Of a stretch of 64,000 nt of DNA, positions 52,601 through 63,784 are shown piece by piece. The notes below the pieces were generated by a model that was given only the letters and a program-made list of their open reading frames with translations, ran no database searches and was not told the DNA's origin. The DNA comes from Perkinsus chesapeaki ATCC PRA-425 (lineage: Eukaryota > Protista > Perkinsozoa): positions 1 to 64,000 of the forward strand of contig JAAPAO010000135.1 in the NCBI GenBank assembly GCA_013115145.1, in the 5' to 3' direction. The number at the start of each line of letters is the position of its first letter. Position 1 is the stretch's first letter. The position numbers and the translations under genes are program-made.

Positions 52601-54982
52601 AAAATGCAACATGCCGGGATCGAACCTGCGTCCCTCACCTCGACCAGCAGATCAGCAGTCGATCCAGCTGTATCCTCTTCCCCCTCTTCGTTCTCCTCTT
52701 CCATCTCGCTGTACACAGTCACTAAGTTCTCAAGATATCTTTGATAAGCCTCGAAAACTAATGAGAAATCTCGCACAGTGGAGATGCTCTCCAATGCTTC
52801 TTCATACACATCACGAGCCTAGCGGAGCGAAGCGTTGCATGTTTACCATGTTTAACATTTCAAACACATACCTTGCCGAAGTTGCCCAATTGGACATAGT
52901 AGTCTGCCAAGCTGTTCCATAGGCGGCCGGTTTGGTCCGAAAACTTCGCTATTGCAGAGCGTACTATCGCATCGACATCGACCGACTTAATCGATGGACC
53001 TGATGGAAACCAGTGGAAGCCGAGTGGAAGACTTAGTTACATAGATAACCACATAAATGCTAGGAATGGTATCGCTCAATAATGCGCTCAATTACGAAGT
53101 ATTTTATTTTCTTCCGCTATGTGGAAAAAACGGCGGGCGTGGGAAACGAACCTCTGCGGGTCTAGCATTGACGATCTACCATCTCCCGAGGAGAGTCATC
53201 TCGATGGCTTACAATGGGCGTGATTGGGTATCATTATGTAAGCCTAATATTCCCATTGTGCGACGGAGCGTATCCAATACCAATTCTTTATAGTGCGGCG
53301 CTATGCTTACCGTGTGTTGTGACCATATCGCATAGCTCCAACCAAAGTTGATGATTGGATTTACCCTCCATCGATATAAAGTCAGGATCGTTAACCAACT
53401 TCATCTAAAATGCAACTACGTGGATTCGAACTTGCGACCTTCCGGTAGAAAGGCAGGCTCCTTAACCACCGTACCAGCAGCTTCGCAGCTTCATCCCATT
53501 GATCCTCCCCTTCTAAATACGCCACATACGTCTCGGCATGTGCCGGCTCCAGCATCAGGTAGCTCCTGAAGAGCTCCCCTCCAGTCCTCACCGGAACGTT
53601 GAGCTCTCTTATCATATTCATCGCCTGAATAACAACACGACAGCAATTATTCCCACAAGGCCTGCCGATAGAGATATGAAAACCCTGGGTGAAGCTCAGA
53701 TATTTATATTGATAGAGAGCATTCAAACTGGTACCATCTTATTCCGTACAGCAGCAATCCATGTTAGTGTCATATCGTTGGTTACGCTTCTGGTTACATC
53801 CGTCTCATCTCGGGAAGCTTTCTTCGCTCCAACCGGCTCAGTTGGAAACTGTCCAACTTTCCTTCACACTTCTCTCTTTTGAAACTTTCAACTAGTGTTG
53901 GACACTAAAACCTCCGACGAGGTTCGAACGGTATTTTTAATATTCCTTACGAGCAGCCATGGACGGGAATGTGGGAAAGATACGGCAAACACGGTTATCA
54001 GGCACCCCTTCAAAACCTACCAGAGTCCAAACTCTATAGTGCTGAGTGATCGGTAAACTCCTTAAGGCCTCATAAACAACCTGAAACGTATCTTCAAAGA
54101 TATCTTTCTCGACCTCACTTACGTGGCGAGTCGACGTTATCTTCAACCGTTTAGTTAGGAACTGAATGTACTCCTCCCAAATACGAGGCATCTTGCCCAT
54201 CACACAAACCGCTCTGGCGTAACACGACTCCACAACGTCATAGGCTGGATCAGTCACGCAGAGATCGGAAACCCAGGACTCCTGATGAAAATCATAAACC
54301 TTGGCATCCGAACTTCGAATCCTGGGATCCCGAAGATACCGGGATTCGAGATACCTCTGCCTAGCGGAGAGTGGTGGAATAAGAAAGAGATCTGCTCTGT
54401 CATAACAGAACAAACATGACAGTGCCCTTGGCCAGCGAATATTTCGGAAAGCGAGCCGTTTCCAAAGACTCCAAAGACTCTGCACTTGGGATCTCCCATT
54501 TCACCCAATGTGAGCCCTCGCAACTAGAGAGGCATGGAGGAGCATCACATATACGAGGTATGCCCTTCATATCATATTTCTCAGCTAGCACTTCTCGATC
54601 GCCTATTTCGGCTAGTGAGTTGCTTACCCTTAGCTTGAGATAACTGTGCCATATCTTATAGCATCTTGGAAGCTCCCTCAGAGCTCTCTCGTGCAGTTGA
54701 AACAAAAACTCCATAAAGGCGTCCTGAAATAAATAATAACACTTAAGGCAAAAACACATTTACCTTTAAATCCGCATTTTGTTTCATTTCCATCCGTTTC
54801 GTAGTCGCCTGTATATAATACCACCACAGGCGCATCGACCCTGGGCTTCGACGAACCTCTTGTTCAAGCTCGACATCAACACATGCCGACAGATCAACAG
54901 AAATGCTCGCAGAGCTTTCTGACACCTCTAGCTGTGCTAAGGAGGGCGGCGGCGGCGCTGCACTCAACACTTTCGCAGCCAT
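49612..54982 (-). CDS. SYF1: Pre-mRNA splicing factor SYF1/XAB2 (HAT/TPR repeats)
   Basis: Exons: [154 protein letters not shown]. The exact stop is uncertain. Confidence 0.95.
52601..52638 (-). pseudogene. tRNA 3'-end-like remnant beginning at a SYF1 5' splice site
   Basis: Minus strand GTGAGGGAC-GCAGG-TTCGATC-CCGGC-ATGTTGC-A-TTTT; T-stem pairs 4/5. Confidence 0.7.
53125..53155 (-). pseudogene. tRNA 3'-end-like remnant in a SYF1 intron
   Basis: Minus strand AGAGG-TTCGTTT-CCCAC-GCCCGCC-G-TTTTTT. Confidence 0.5.
53405..53474 (-). pseudogene. 70-nt SYF1 intron consisting of a tRNA-like body (D-loop to terminator)
   Basis: GTAC-GGTGGTTAA-GGAGCCTGCCTTTCTACCGGAAGGTC-GCAAG-TTCGAAT-CCACG-TAGTTGC-A-TTTT-AG. 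Spacing from the D-loop GG to the T-loop is 37 nt, as in tRNA; flanking exons AAKLL|MKLVNDPD join in phase 0. Confidence 0.75.
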
Positions 54983-55406
54983 TAAGGTGAGTCAATCGGC
55001 AACACTTACACGAAATTGGCGATACGTAATCGAAACGAACACGTTACTATTGTACTTAATGTACTATATCAAGCGCTTGTGATTCATTATTTATGAAAGT
55101 GACCGATGATAAGAATCCTCGAGATACGACACGAAGGATACGCTACTTTGACTTGAGCGCGTTTTTCACGTCCAACATTTTCTGAATTTGTTCGTAGTGA
55201 GTAGAGTCCGAAATAAAGTAGAGGACGGCGAAGTCCGAGCCCAGTCTGAATGGATGAGTACGCAACTAGCAGCTCGATGAGCTGATAATGAAAAGAGGTT
55301 GTCAAAGGGCATAAAATAAATACTGATAGGCAGCTAGAAAGACAGAAGGTTCTTCCGACCATGTAATGCCGTAACAAAGAAATAAAGGTGTATTCATAAG
55401 CACTCG

Positions 55407-55825
55407 TTAGGGCTCAATGCCAAACATAAGTACTGCGAAATATCTACCGTGCACGGCGTAGATCCAGTTCTCTTCCAACTCCTCAAAGTTAGAGAAGTCC
55501 TCGTACTGGAAGCCGTGATGAGGACACTCATGCGTCAAACGTTTGTTCATTGCCTCCAACCTATTCAGATTCTCGTCATTGAGATCGATTCTGAACGCCC
55601 TACCCGCCGATCCCGGAGATATCACCAGATCGAACTGGCCATAAACCGCGGGTTCAGTGGTATTGCAGATCACTTGCATGCTCACTCTTGGAGAAGGTTT
55701 AGTATCAAAGTCACACGCCACAGAGATAAAAGGGTTATTAATATAGCCTTTATAGCGGCCGACAGGTATCACCGCATCACAGAGATGCATACTAGAGAGA
55801 CGAGAAGGATAATGAAGGATGCCAT
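55407..55825 (-). pseudogene. Secreted orphan protein, family B distant copy, with an apparent 1-nt frameshift in the signal peptide
   Basis: ATG at 55825 gives MASFIILLVSLVCIS. The mature-like CDA/VIPVGRYKGYINNPF (cf. SHA/VYPNGTYKGEVTNPY) begins 44 nt downstream, out of frame. The Cys pair is conserved. Confidence 0.65.
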
Positions 55826-56294
55826 TTACCAGAAGAGATACCACGCCTGAAATGTTGAAGCTATCCTGAGCGAGACATCGGCGATAGCTCTTTAAGTGAC
55901 GCAAAATTTCGCAGAACCGGGGGATGAAAAATCTCCCCGTGAGTTTAAATTTTGCCGAGTAAGAGAACGTGACGTTCTGAACTGTAGACCAGTCTAAGGA
56001 AAGTGACGCGCCTCAGATGGATGATGCCACCAGACTCCATTTCGTAGGACTTCCTGCACCGCAGTGGGCGTACAAAATTCAAGTGAAGAGAAATGAGGAC
56101 AATATAATACAGTTAACAATTCAGCTTCGAGTAGCTCATAATGCCAGGATGCCTAGTAGGCTACCAGTTCGTCTTAAATCCAACTAAAGCCTCCCTCAAA
56201 AACACCACCACTAGGGAACGACGCTTTCAACACCAAACAGAACAAGCATTATAATATCCAAGTATCCAGAAAAAATGTTGAAATTATTTTGCCG

Positions 56295-58469
56295 TCAGTC
56301 GTCATGATGGTGATGCTCCTTTGAGGGGCCGATACCGAGCTTTCGTTCAAGCTGCGCAATCTCCTCTTTGACCTGCTTATACCTGCGGATAAAAAGCGTC
56401 ACCGCTTCGGATCGAACCCATGCCCTTCCGAATGGCAGCCTTACTCTCGGTATTCTCGCTCTATCGGAACGATGTCTTTGTGGTACTTAATCTTCCGCTG
56501 GTTCTCTACGAAGAATCGTGCCTGGTACTGCTGTAGGCCCTCCCGAATCCGAGACTTCTCATCAATCCTAATCGGACGGAAGCAAGGTTCGAATGAATGA
56601 ATCCGACAAAATTTCGGTGCCATTAAATAGAAAAAAATAGAAAAAGTGTTCCGTCAAAGTCGGAACATCCACAAGTGATCGGCAACCTAATGACTTGGAA
56701 CATTTTCCACAATTTCCGCCCCCGAAGAGCGACTAAGGATTCTTAATGACAAAAGGTGATATTATTAGACACTGCAAGAAGCTGATGCCCGGTGTCGAGT
56801 TTTCAAGTGCCACTGTCCGAGAATCTACCGAAAAACATTGATCGTGGGTCAATAATTCTGACTGGAAATATAATAGAAAGTTTTTATAGGAAAAATTTCC
56901 CATACTAGAGTTTCCCATACTGAAAAAAATATTCTATGAAAACTTTAAACATTAAAATTATTTCTTCTTATAAGAAGAGACATGAAGTGAATCCCATCAT
57001 AGCAAAGATTCACAGCGCAACAACTTACAGAGATTGCAGCCTCATCATCAACCTGTTAGATGATACGCTCATCGATGGTTCCTCCTCCGGCTGCTGACCG
57101 AACCGTCCCTGAAAATAAAACTCCTCGAATGACAAGCCATATTTCATACCGCTCTCGACTTTTCGTTGGCTGAAATGTGAGTAGGGCCTCCTCCTCCTCC
57201 TCCAGTCTCGACCTCCTCCATAGCTTGTTTGAGTCCTCGATAATAAGTATACCTAAAACACAAAAACACGACCTTTACCCACATTACCGAAAAACGCTTC
57301 ATTTGTCATTCACACTCAAAACCAATAAAATTAGTTTCACAATCGAGAACTTTTTCCCATATGTTCTATAAATAACTAAATACTTGATCAACTACATTAA
57401 GCAATTACTACCACACTTCTTCCAAATCATCGAACCCTCCCCCCCTTACAGTGGTCGCATCGGCTCCTTATCAGTTCTTCCCGGCGATCGACCATGAACA
57501 GCTGTGAAGGCGACATCATACGACTGAAAGTAATATTATGGGGAATGAGTTGGATAGTAATAGATAGAGCCTTCAAGAGATATACCACTACTCAGACATA
57601 CCTTCAGCTCCTGCTTAACCCTCCGCTTTTCGTGCGACAACTGTGATCGAGGCAAACGACCAATCTGCGACGTCCATCCATTTGTGGCATCCTCCGGCGG
57701 GAGTGACAATCTACACGTAAGTTTTAAAAATTATTCGGCTTCACGTCGAAGACTTCAAGACTTGAAGTTCAAGAAATATGATGTCTCGACCAGAACGTTA
57801 CCGATTAGTGTTACTTCCGCAGCCCACCTAGTCTTGAAAAGAGCATTTTGCTCGAACACTTACTTTATTAACGAAAATTTTTTAGGTGCTCACATGAGCT
57901 CGCACGAGGAAAAGGCTCTCCGCGGTGTATTTCGGAAAGAGCAAGGTAAAAGGCTGTATACTGAGCGCCGCAGCAGCAGCAGCAGCAGTTCATCACCTCC
58001 TACTATTTCTTCCCATAAAGTTTTTCTCGGCATTTTTCCTGGAATTCTGAGTAAGAAAATCCCACCACTTGGAGCGTAGTCTCGATTCTGACTTATTGAA
58101 AATATCTATATTGTTTCCTATTCTGCGCGAAATGCACGCGTAAGCTCAAGATATTTATCAATACGTCCACAAAACCCCCTACCTTTCTATAGCTTTCCTC
58201 AAATGCTCCGAGCCACTCCACCCCTCCGCATCGATATCTCCTTCACGAGTATCGAAAGTTCTGAATGAAAAAAATCTTCACAGTGCGCACCCCTTAGATT
58301 CCTCCATCCCTCTACCTGGCATCTGACCTCCTGAAAGCAACAGCATTACCGGCGGAATCGGCGGTCGTATCGGTGCACTTATCAACATTATTTTGCCCAC
58401 CGATTTCCCTAAACCAATTGCCGCGGACTCAATACGGGATGCAAATTCTTCGCAGTGCGCTCGGAACAA
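56295..58469 (-). CDS. FAM13-like protein (two FAM13 C-terminal helical repeats)
   Basis: QLSHEKRRVKQELK-SYDVAFTAVHGRSPGRTDKEPMRPL-YTYYRGLKQ and DEKSRIREGLQQYQARFFVENQRKIKYHKDIVPIEREYRE-YKQVKEEIAQLE match the two FAM13A/C C-terminal repeats. The start is approximate. Confidence 0.75.
56383..56444 (-). pseudogene. 62-nt FAM13-like intron consisting of a tRNA 3'-half-like sequence
   Basis: GTAAGG-CTGCCAT-TCGGA-AGGGC-ATGGG-TTCGATC-CGAAG-CGGTGAC-G-C-TTTTT-ATCCGCAG. Geometry is 7-5-5-5-7-5-7-1 with GCC at the anticodon position. Confidence 0.65.
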
Positions 58470-58595
58470 AGACTCCCTCTATTACGTTGATCGATTGAGC
58501 GTTGCCGAGGTTCCAATGGCTAAGTTCGGTTTGGTGGGCGGACCCTCGGTGGCACTCTGAGGAGGAGAAAAGTTGGAATATCAAACATTACAGTC

Positions 58596-58705
58596 AACAT
58601 ATTTCCTATCAAACTCCTTTCTATTATATCTCCTCCTCCGTATCACTAGTAACATATTTCCAATCAAACTCCTTTCTATTATATCTCCTCCTCCGTATCA
58701 CTAGT
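58596..58705. repeat. Tandem duplication, 2 x 55 bp (one mismatch)
   Basis: AACATATTTCC(T/A)ATCAAACTCCTTTCTATTATATCTCCTCCTCCGTATCACTAGT at 58596 and 58651. Confidence 0.95.
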
Positions 58706-58839
58706 ACCATTTCCCCCTCTCTATTACCTGTCCCTCACTTCCTATTGAATCTCCTCCTCCCACAAGTATCTGATATCATCACCGCCCATAACCATCAAAA
58801 TCTCAAACTATTACCAATACCTTCTCAAAATCATCTTCC

Positions 58840-60386
58840 AACGAAACAGGTACTGTCCAGTTCTGTGGTATCGGCACCTCCGACTCAGGGACCACCTACC
58901 ACGAAACAGTGACCCTTTTCAACACTATGTGGACTTCAGGAGCGAAAATTAATATCTTCACGATTGAAGTCACGAGGCAAGAGAGTGATACGAAATCTGG
59001 TGGCTCTGGGACTCCACCTCCCCGCCAGCTCGACATAGGGATTCGGCAAAGAGGAGCTAACTGAAACTGTTGTATCCAGAACGCCGACTTAAAACCATAT
59101 GACTAACATCAAGGTCCAGTAGAAAGATCTGCTGAGTGTTAAACTTCATTTTCGGGACACCCACAAACATGTTCATAAATTACGCGAGGAGGACTGGTGG
59201 AAGGTATTCCTCGTATACATACTGATAATCCATTTCGATACAACGTATACCCACAAGTGCCTCTATAATGTCAATTACTTATCCTTCCCCTAATTTACAC
59301 TTATAAAATGATGACCCACACTCGAGAGCATGCTACTGGAGCCGTCATGTTATCAACACATAAAAAATCGAATATTGTTCAAGACCAACAAGGCGTGAGC
59401 TTCATACCGACTTTTCCTCTTACCGATATCCTAGCTGCCATCAACGGTCTCATCCCCTGTCTCCTTCTATGCCAAGTATCCCTAGTGGGATTGATCAATC
59501 CTCGATCAACAGTATCAACCAAAACTCTAGTTAGTATAGCATTACCTATATCGGAATAATAACATACCACTAATGCTGCCCATACAAAATTACAATGTGT
59601 GAATTTACTAATAAAACTCTCCATCAATTTTCAACCATTTAATACTTTAACTGATGTACCAGTTATCCAGACCCAAGTGGATCCTTATGGATCTCACCAA
59701 CATATTTCCCTATAAATTTCGCATAAGTTTTATATAACACTATCAGATTAAGTCCGAAAATGCCAGAACGCAAGTTGCCCAAAATGCAATAAAAAGCGTT
59801 CCGAATGTGAAGTATTTTAACGATACAACAGTATTAGGAAAGTATATACACAAATTTTCAGACTCGTATGTGATCTGGTTATGCCACCAGCAACCCGCTC
59901 CGTTCTGTAACACTATGGTATTAAGTCCGATATAAGGGGTGCAGCAAAAAGGGGACAACTCCTGGGATTTAGTAACGCATCCGAATTATAGCGATATTTA
60001 CTCCGTATCAACTATACCGTTCTTTCTTCACTTTACCAATATAACCTTTTGCCCCCAATCCGACCAGGGATTATTTTCCGAATTTCATAATCTACAACGT
60101 GTCACTTGCCAAGCCGGAATTGTGTTTCTTGCTTCTCTGCCAGCTTCTGTGAACCCTTCCAAGAATTTGCTAATCGACCGCTGAAACATCCACGACACCG
60201 CCGATTTCGAGAAATAATATTTTTAATACCGATTCACGGGGTTAAACGTGACGCCTCTTAGCCTCACCCCAAATTATTACAATCTTTCGGCAAAGTCGGT
60301 ATGAGCGTTATCGAGGGCAATGTAATGCTCGGCAACACCGTCCTGCTCTCCTGCCCCGAGACCTTACCCTCATCACCAACTGCCAT
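58840..60386 (-). CDS. Hypothetical multi-exon, probably membrane protein
   Basis: MAVGDEGKVSGQESR... start at 60386, hydrophobic exon YFTFGTLFIAFWATCVLAF, further open exons. The structure was not fully resolved. Confidence 0.35.
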
Positions 60387-60559
60387 CTAGACAAAAGTGA
60401 AAACTGAACAATAATAAATAATACGATCAACTCATAACGACGATCTATGCCGCCTCTTTTTATAAATATGTGAACTTTACTGTTTGTCACCTACAGGCGT
60501 TGGCGAGGTCAAAAATCTTGACGATAATTTTCAAAATTTACAAAATTTTTTTTCCGCGT

Positions 60560-61635
60560 CTCCTGGTCACTCCGACAACCTAGATATATAACAACAGTGG
60601 GTCAATACCCTATCTGGAGCATCCCCAGGATGGGAATAGTTACTCCAAATCGAACAGCCACCCACGATGAACTCAACACAAGAAGTAATAGTCAATCTTC
60701 TGGAGTGTCGTCCGTCGTATCTGATTCCCCATCCCCATCCTCATCTTCACTATACTCTATCAGTGTGTAATTAGGTGACACATACTTGGCATAGAACTGT
60801 CGAATGGATGAAGAATACCTGAACGGCTAAAGTAGTAAAAAGTCAATGTCCCTCAGCATTTACCACCTGAATTTCGTAAGCGAACTCTAAACAAATATGA
60901 CAACTACAATCTGCGAAAATGAAACGGTTGATCGATTTGCTTTGTCATGACGGAATGTAACGCCATCATCATTGATCGCTTGAAAGTGTGCCCGTTGAGG
61001 GGCCAGCCTTGGGAGCTGCTCACCTTCCGTGTCCTATCACTGCTATCACAGACGTCTTGTGCCCCGATTACCGAGTCATACGAAAAGTTACAATCATAAT
61101 TTTACTGTTAACAGTACATTCGTCTAGCTAGCACTCGGTGCCGAGTACGGTGCCGATTCCGATTCCACGCTACACTTCAATTTTAATCCACGAATTTTTC
61201 CATTTCTGATCATCTAGAATATCAAACAACTATTCGCAACAGCCCCCCAACCCCCCCGACCCGTATTACCATGACCAGCACAACAGCATTACAATTAATA
61301 ATACCCCCGCCACATGACGACATATATTAGTCATCTCCTCACAAAGCGTCGAATCCATCCTCGTAACAGCTACATTAAACAGCTAGAGGTGTCAGAATAA
61401 TAATGATTCCTACCTATTTGCAAAAAGCTCAAATCGTCATCCAGTAGGTTCTCATCATCCGCCAGATATCCACCCGCCGCAGATGGCTGTTCCAATCCGG
61501 GGTCGAATGATGACATGCAAAAATACTAACAGCGATATAACAAAGCCAGGATCCTATTAGTGGCTTGCAACAACTCATAACAACCGAACCCGAATTATCG
61601 AAGATTTTCCGAGTGCCAAAAATTATAATGTCCAA
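60560..61635 (-). CDS. Hypothetical multi-exon protein with an N-terminal hydrophobic anchor
   Basis: LIGSWLCYIAVSIFAC, then exons including AHFQAINDDGVTF and FIVGGCSIWSNYSHP. A glycosyltransferase-like NDD motif is possible but unproven. Confidence 0.35.
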
Positions 61636-61904
61636 TTATATAAGCAACCATTCATATATCCAAGCTCAGATTGGATACTCCTAACGCCAAAACATCGTAA
61701 CTTGTTTCTACACCTTTCAGAAATCTTTCTCGCGCTTTAGGCCACCTATTTGGCGGTAGGACCGGAGTATGTTAAAAGCAGCCCCCCTGGGAACATATAA
61801 AAGATGTGGAGTAATATGTCGATTGCTCTCTACTTAACGCAATAATGACGAGCCTTTGGATAGAAACAGCAATACGAGGAATAACTCCACTGCAGAATTG
61901 TTTT

Positions 61905-61938
61905 AGAAATGCCGTGTGCCGGGATCGAACCCGCACCA
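61905..61938 (-). pseudogene. tRNA 3'-end-like remnant directly after the ChaC stop codon
   Basis: TGA-TGGT-GCGGG-TTCGATC-CCGGC-ACACGGC-A-TTTCT; T-stem pairs 4/5. Confidence 0.65.
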
Positions 61939-63784
61939 TCACGCGGCACTCTCGATCGCTTTGTATAGCGATTCCACATGATCATCGTGAACCCCCAAGG
62001 ACTCTAGACAATGCCAAAGGCGACATACCTGCAATAATAGTTTTGTGGCGCGTGACTGAACATTATATAAATATAATGAGGCGGTGGTGGCATAAAGATA
62101 TTTCTTATTACATCTCCATCCCCTAAATGGTCTACTAACGTTCAATGCCCCAACTATTACATAGTCCTTATTTGCCCCACTCGGCCCCACCGCCTTCGAC
62201 ACCCGTTTGGCAATCGTTTGAATGCTCTCCGGTCCAGTGAACATTGGATTCTCATCCTTATCAACAGAACCATAATAAAGATAACAATCTCCTATAATAA
62301 AAATCCACCAAAAATCACCGCACCCATATTACCAATTATTTTCCCCTTCGCATCATACAAAGTCGACACCGTTCTAGTGTACCCGTTTTTCTCCCTAATG
62401 TCGAGTATCTAATAATTATTTTCATTAACAACCTGACAAGCCATGCATGCGCAAAGCCGGCGTTGGAAATTCCCTTCATCTTTTATGTAGGGAAAGCCCA
62501 TCCAACAGTTTGTCGCCGAGGATCTACAACGTGCTGCAAGAAGTGAGGCCTTTTTTGGCACTTCGTTGGCGGAGTTCTCCAGTGAGCATTCGGTATTCCT
62601 GTCCCCAAGAAGGTCCGTGCTTGCCTCGGCCAATGATGGAATACTGTTACATTATACACTATGTTCGTAGCCAAGTCCGGAAGCACATTTCCCTACGAAG
62701 CCATCTGTTCGATCAACCACAACTCGGAGCCCAATACAAATATCAAAGTCAGACGGCAATAGGGACACTTGAAGTGCCACTTGTGTTTGAGACATTTCAA
62801 CAACCGCAAGATTTCACGAGGTGGGCGGTCTTTTTTGCAATACCGTGACATGTAACATCGCGGCGACCTACTGCCTATTACCGTTATTATTATTATAAAT
62901 TATTTCTTTAACTTTTATTTATATAAATTATTTCTTCAACTTTTATTATTATAGAAGTAACCTGTACCGATAGACAACTAGTTAAGAGTTTTTCAAGAGC
63001 TCAAACTGATCAAGTTGAATTCTAACGAACACCTCAGACGGTCGAATGACTAATCTTCTGGAGGATCGACAAACATTGAGTATCCACTTGGATTAACCAG
63101 TTAAACCCGATATGACCTTCATAGTCTCATCAAAGTTGTCATCCTTAAGAACATATGCCATGCCCCAAACACCATCGTGCTCTCCTTCATCACGATCTCT
63201 AGCACTAGTGACCGGAAGATCCTCGCAACGTAGAAGTGTGGCTACTCTGAAAAGGGATGTCAATTACAGATAAAGCGGTATAATAAATCGTAGTGATTAA
63301 TGAAGTAAATAGTTAGTCATACATTGTCAAAATTAATACAAAGTAAATTAGTGCTTTTAAGTACATGATGCTTTGTGCCCATTGAAATATCCAAAGTCCT
63401 AGATCCACAGAGAGCCTGTGTGGTGGTTAGAGGATTCTACCTGCCAGGATATGTCGGGGTGCCTCGATGATCGACACTGGACTGCCAAAACCGCCGTACA
63501 AAGCCTTTGACTTTTGCAGGAAACGAGTTAGTCTGAAGTAGGCGGGGAAATCGGTATGAGAGTGATAAAACCAAGTCAAGCTGAATGGTCCTACATAATC
63601 TAAAGCAGGTCTCCACATGATAGAGCCATAACCGAAAATAATACGAATATCTTTTCGTTGGCGAGCAATGGGATCAACCTGATAAGAAGTCCACAGAGAG
63701 ACAATGAAGGCCTACCCTAGCGGTTGCCCAGCAGGAACCATTACGATCTAAATCAGGTGATGAGGTATCTTCGATAACTTCCAT
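61939..63784 (-). CDS. CHAC: ChaC-family glutathione-specific gamma-glutamylcyclotransferase
   Basis: [53 protein letters not shown] (catalytic Glu), ENPMFTGP, AVGPSGANKDY, DDHVESL. Confidence 0.93.

Noticed and set aside
56441-56623. Stand-alone small gene (MAPK... start; IF1-like HHHHDD tail)
   Set aside because: It is better explained as the final exons of the FAM13-like gene; there is no kinase or IF1 inhibitory motif.
57752-57768. Short palindromes with 7-8-bp arms (also 26565, 26231, 37680, 44865)
   Set aside because: A few are expected by chance in 64 kb.
20005-61938. Functional tRNA genes
   Set aside because: None of the seven B-box sites has a pairing acceptor stem or a complete cloverleaf; they are reported as relics only.
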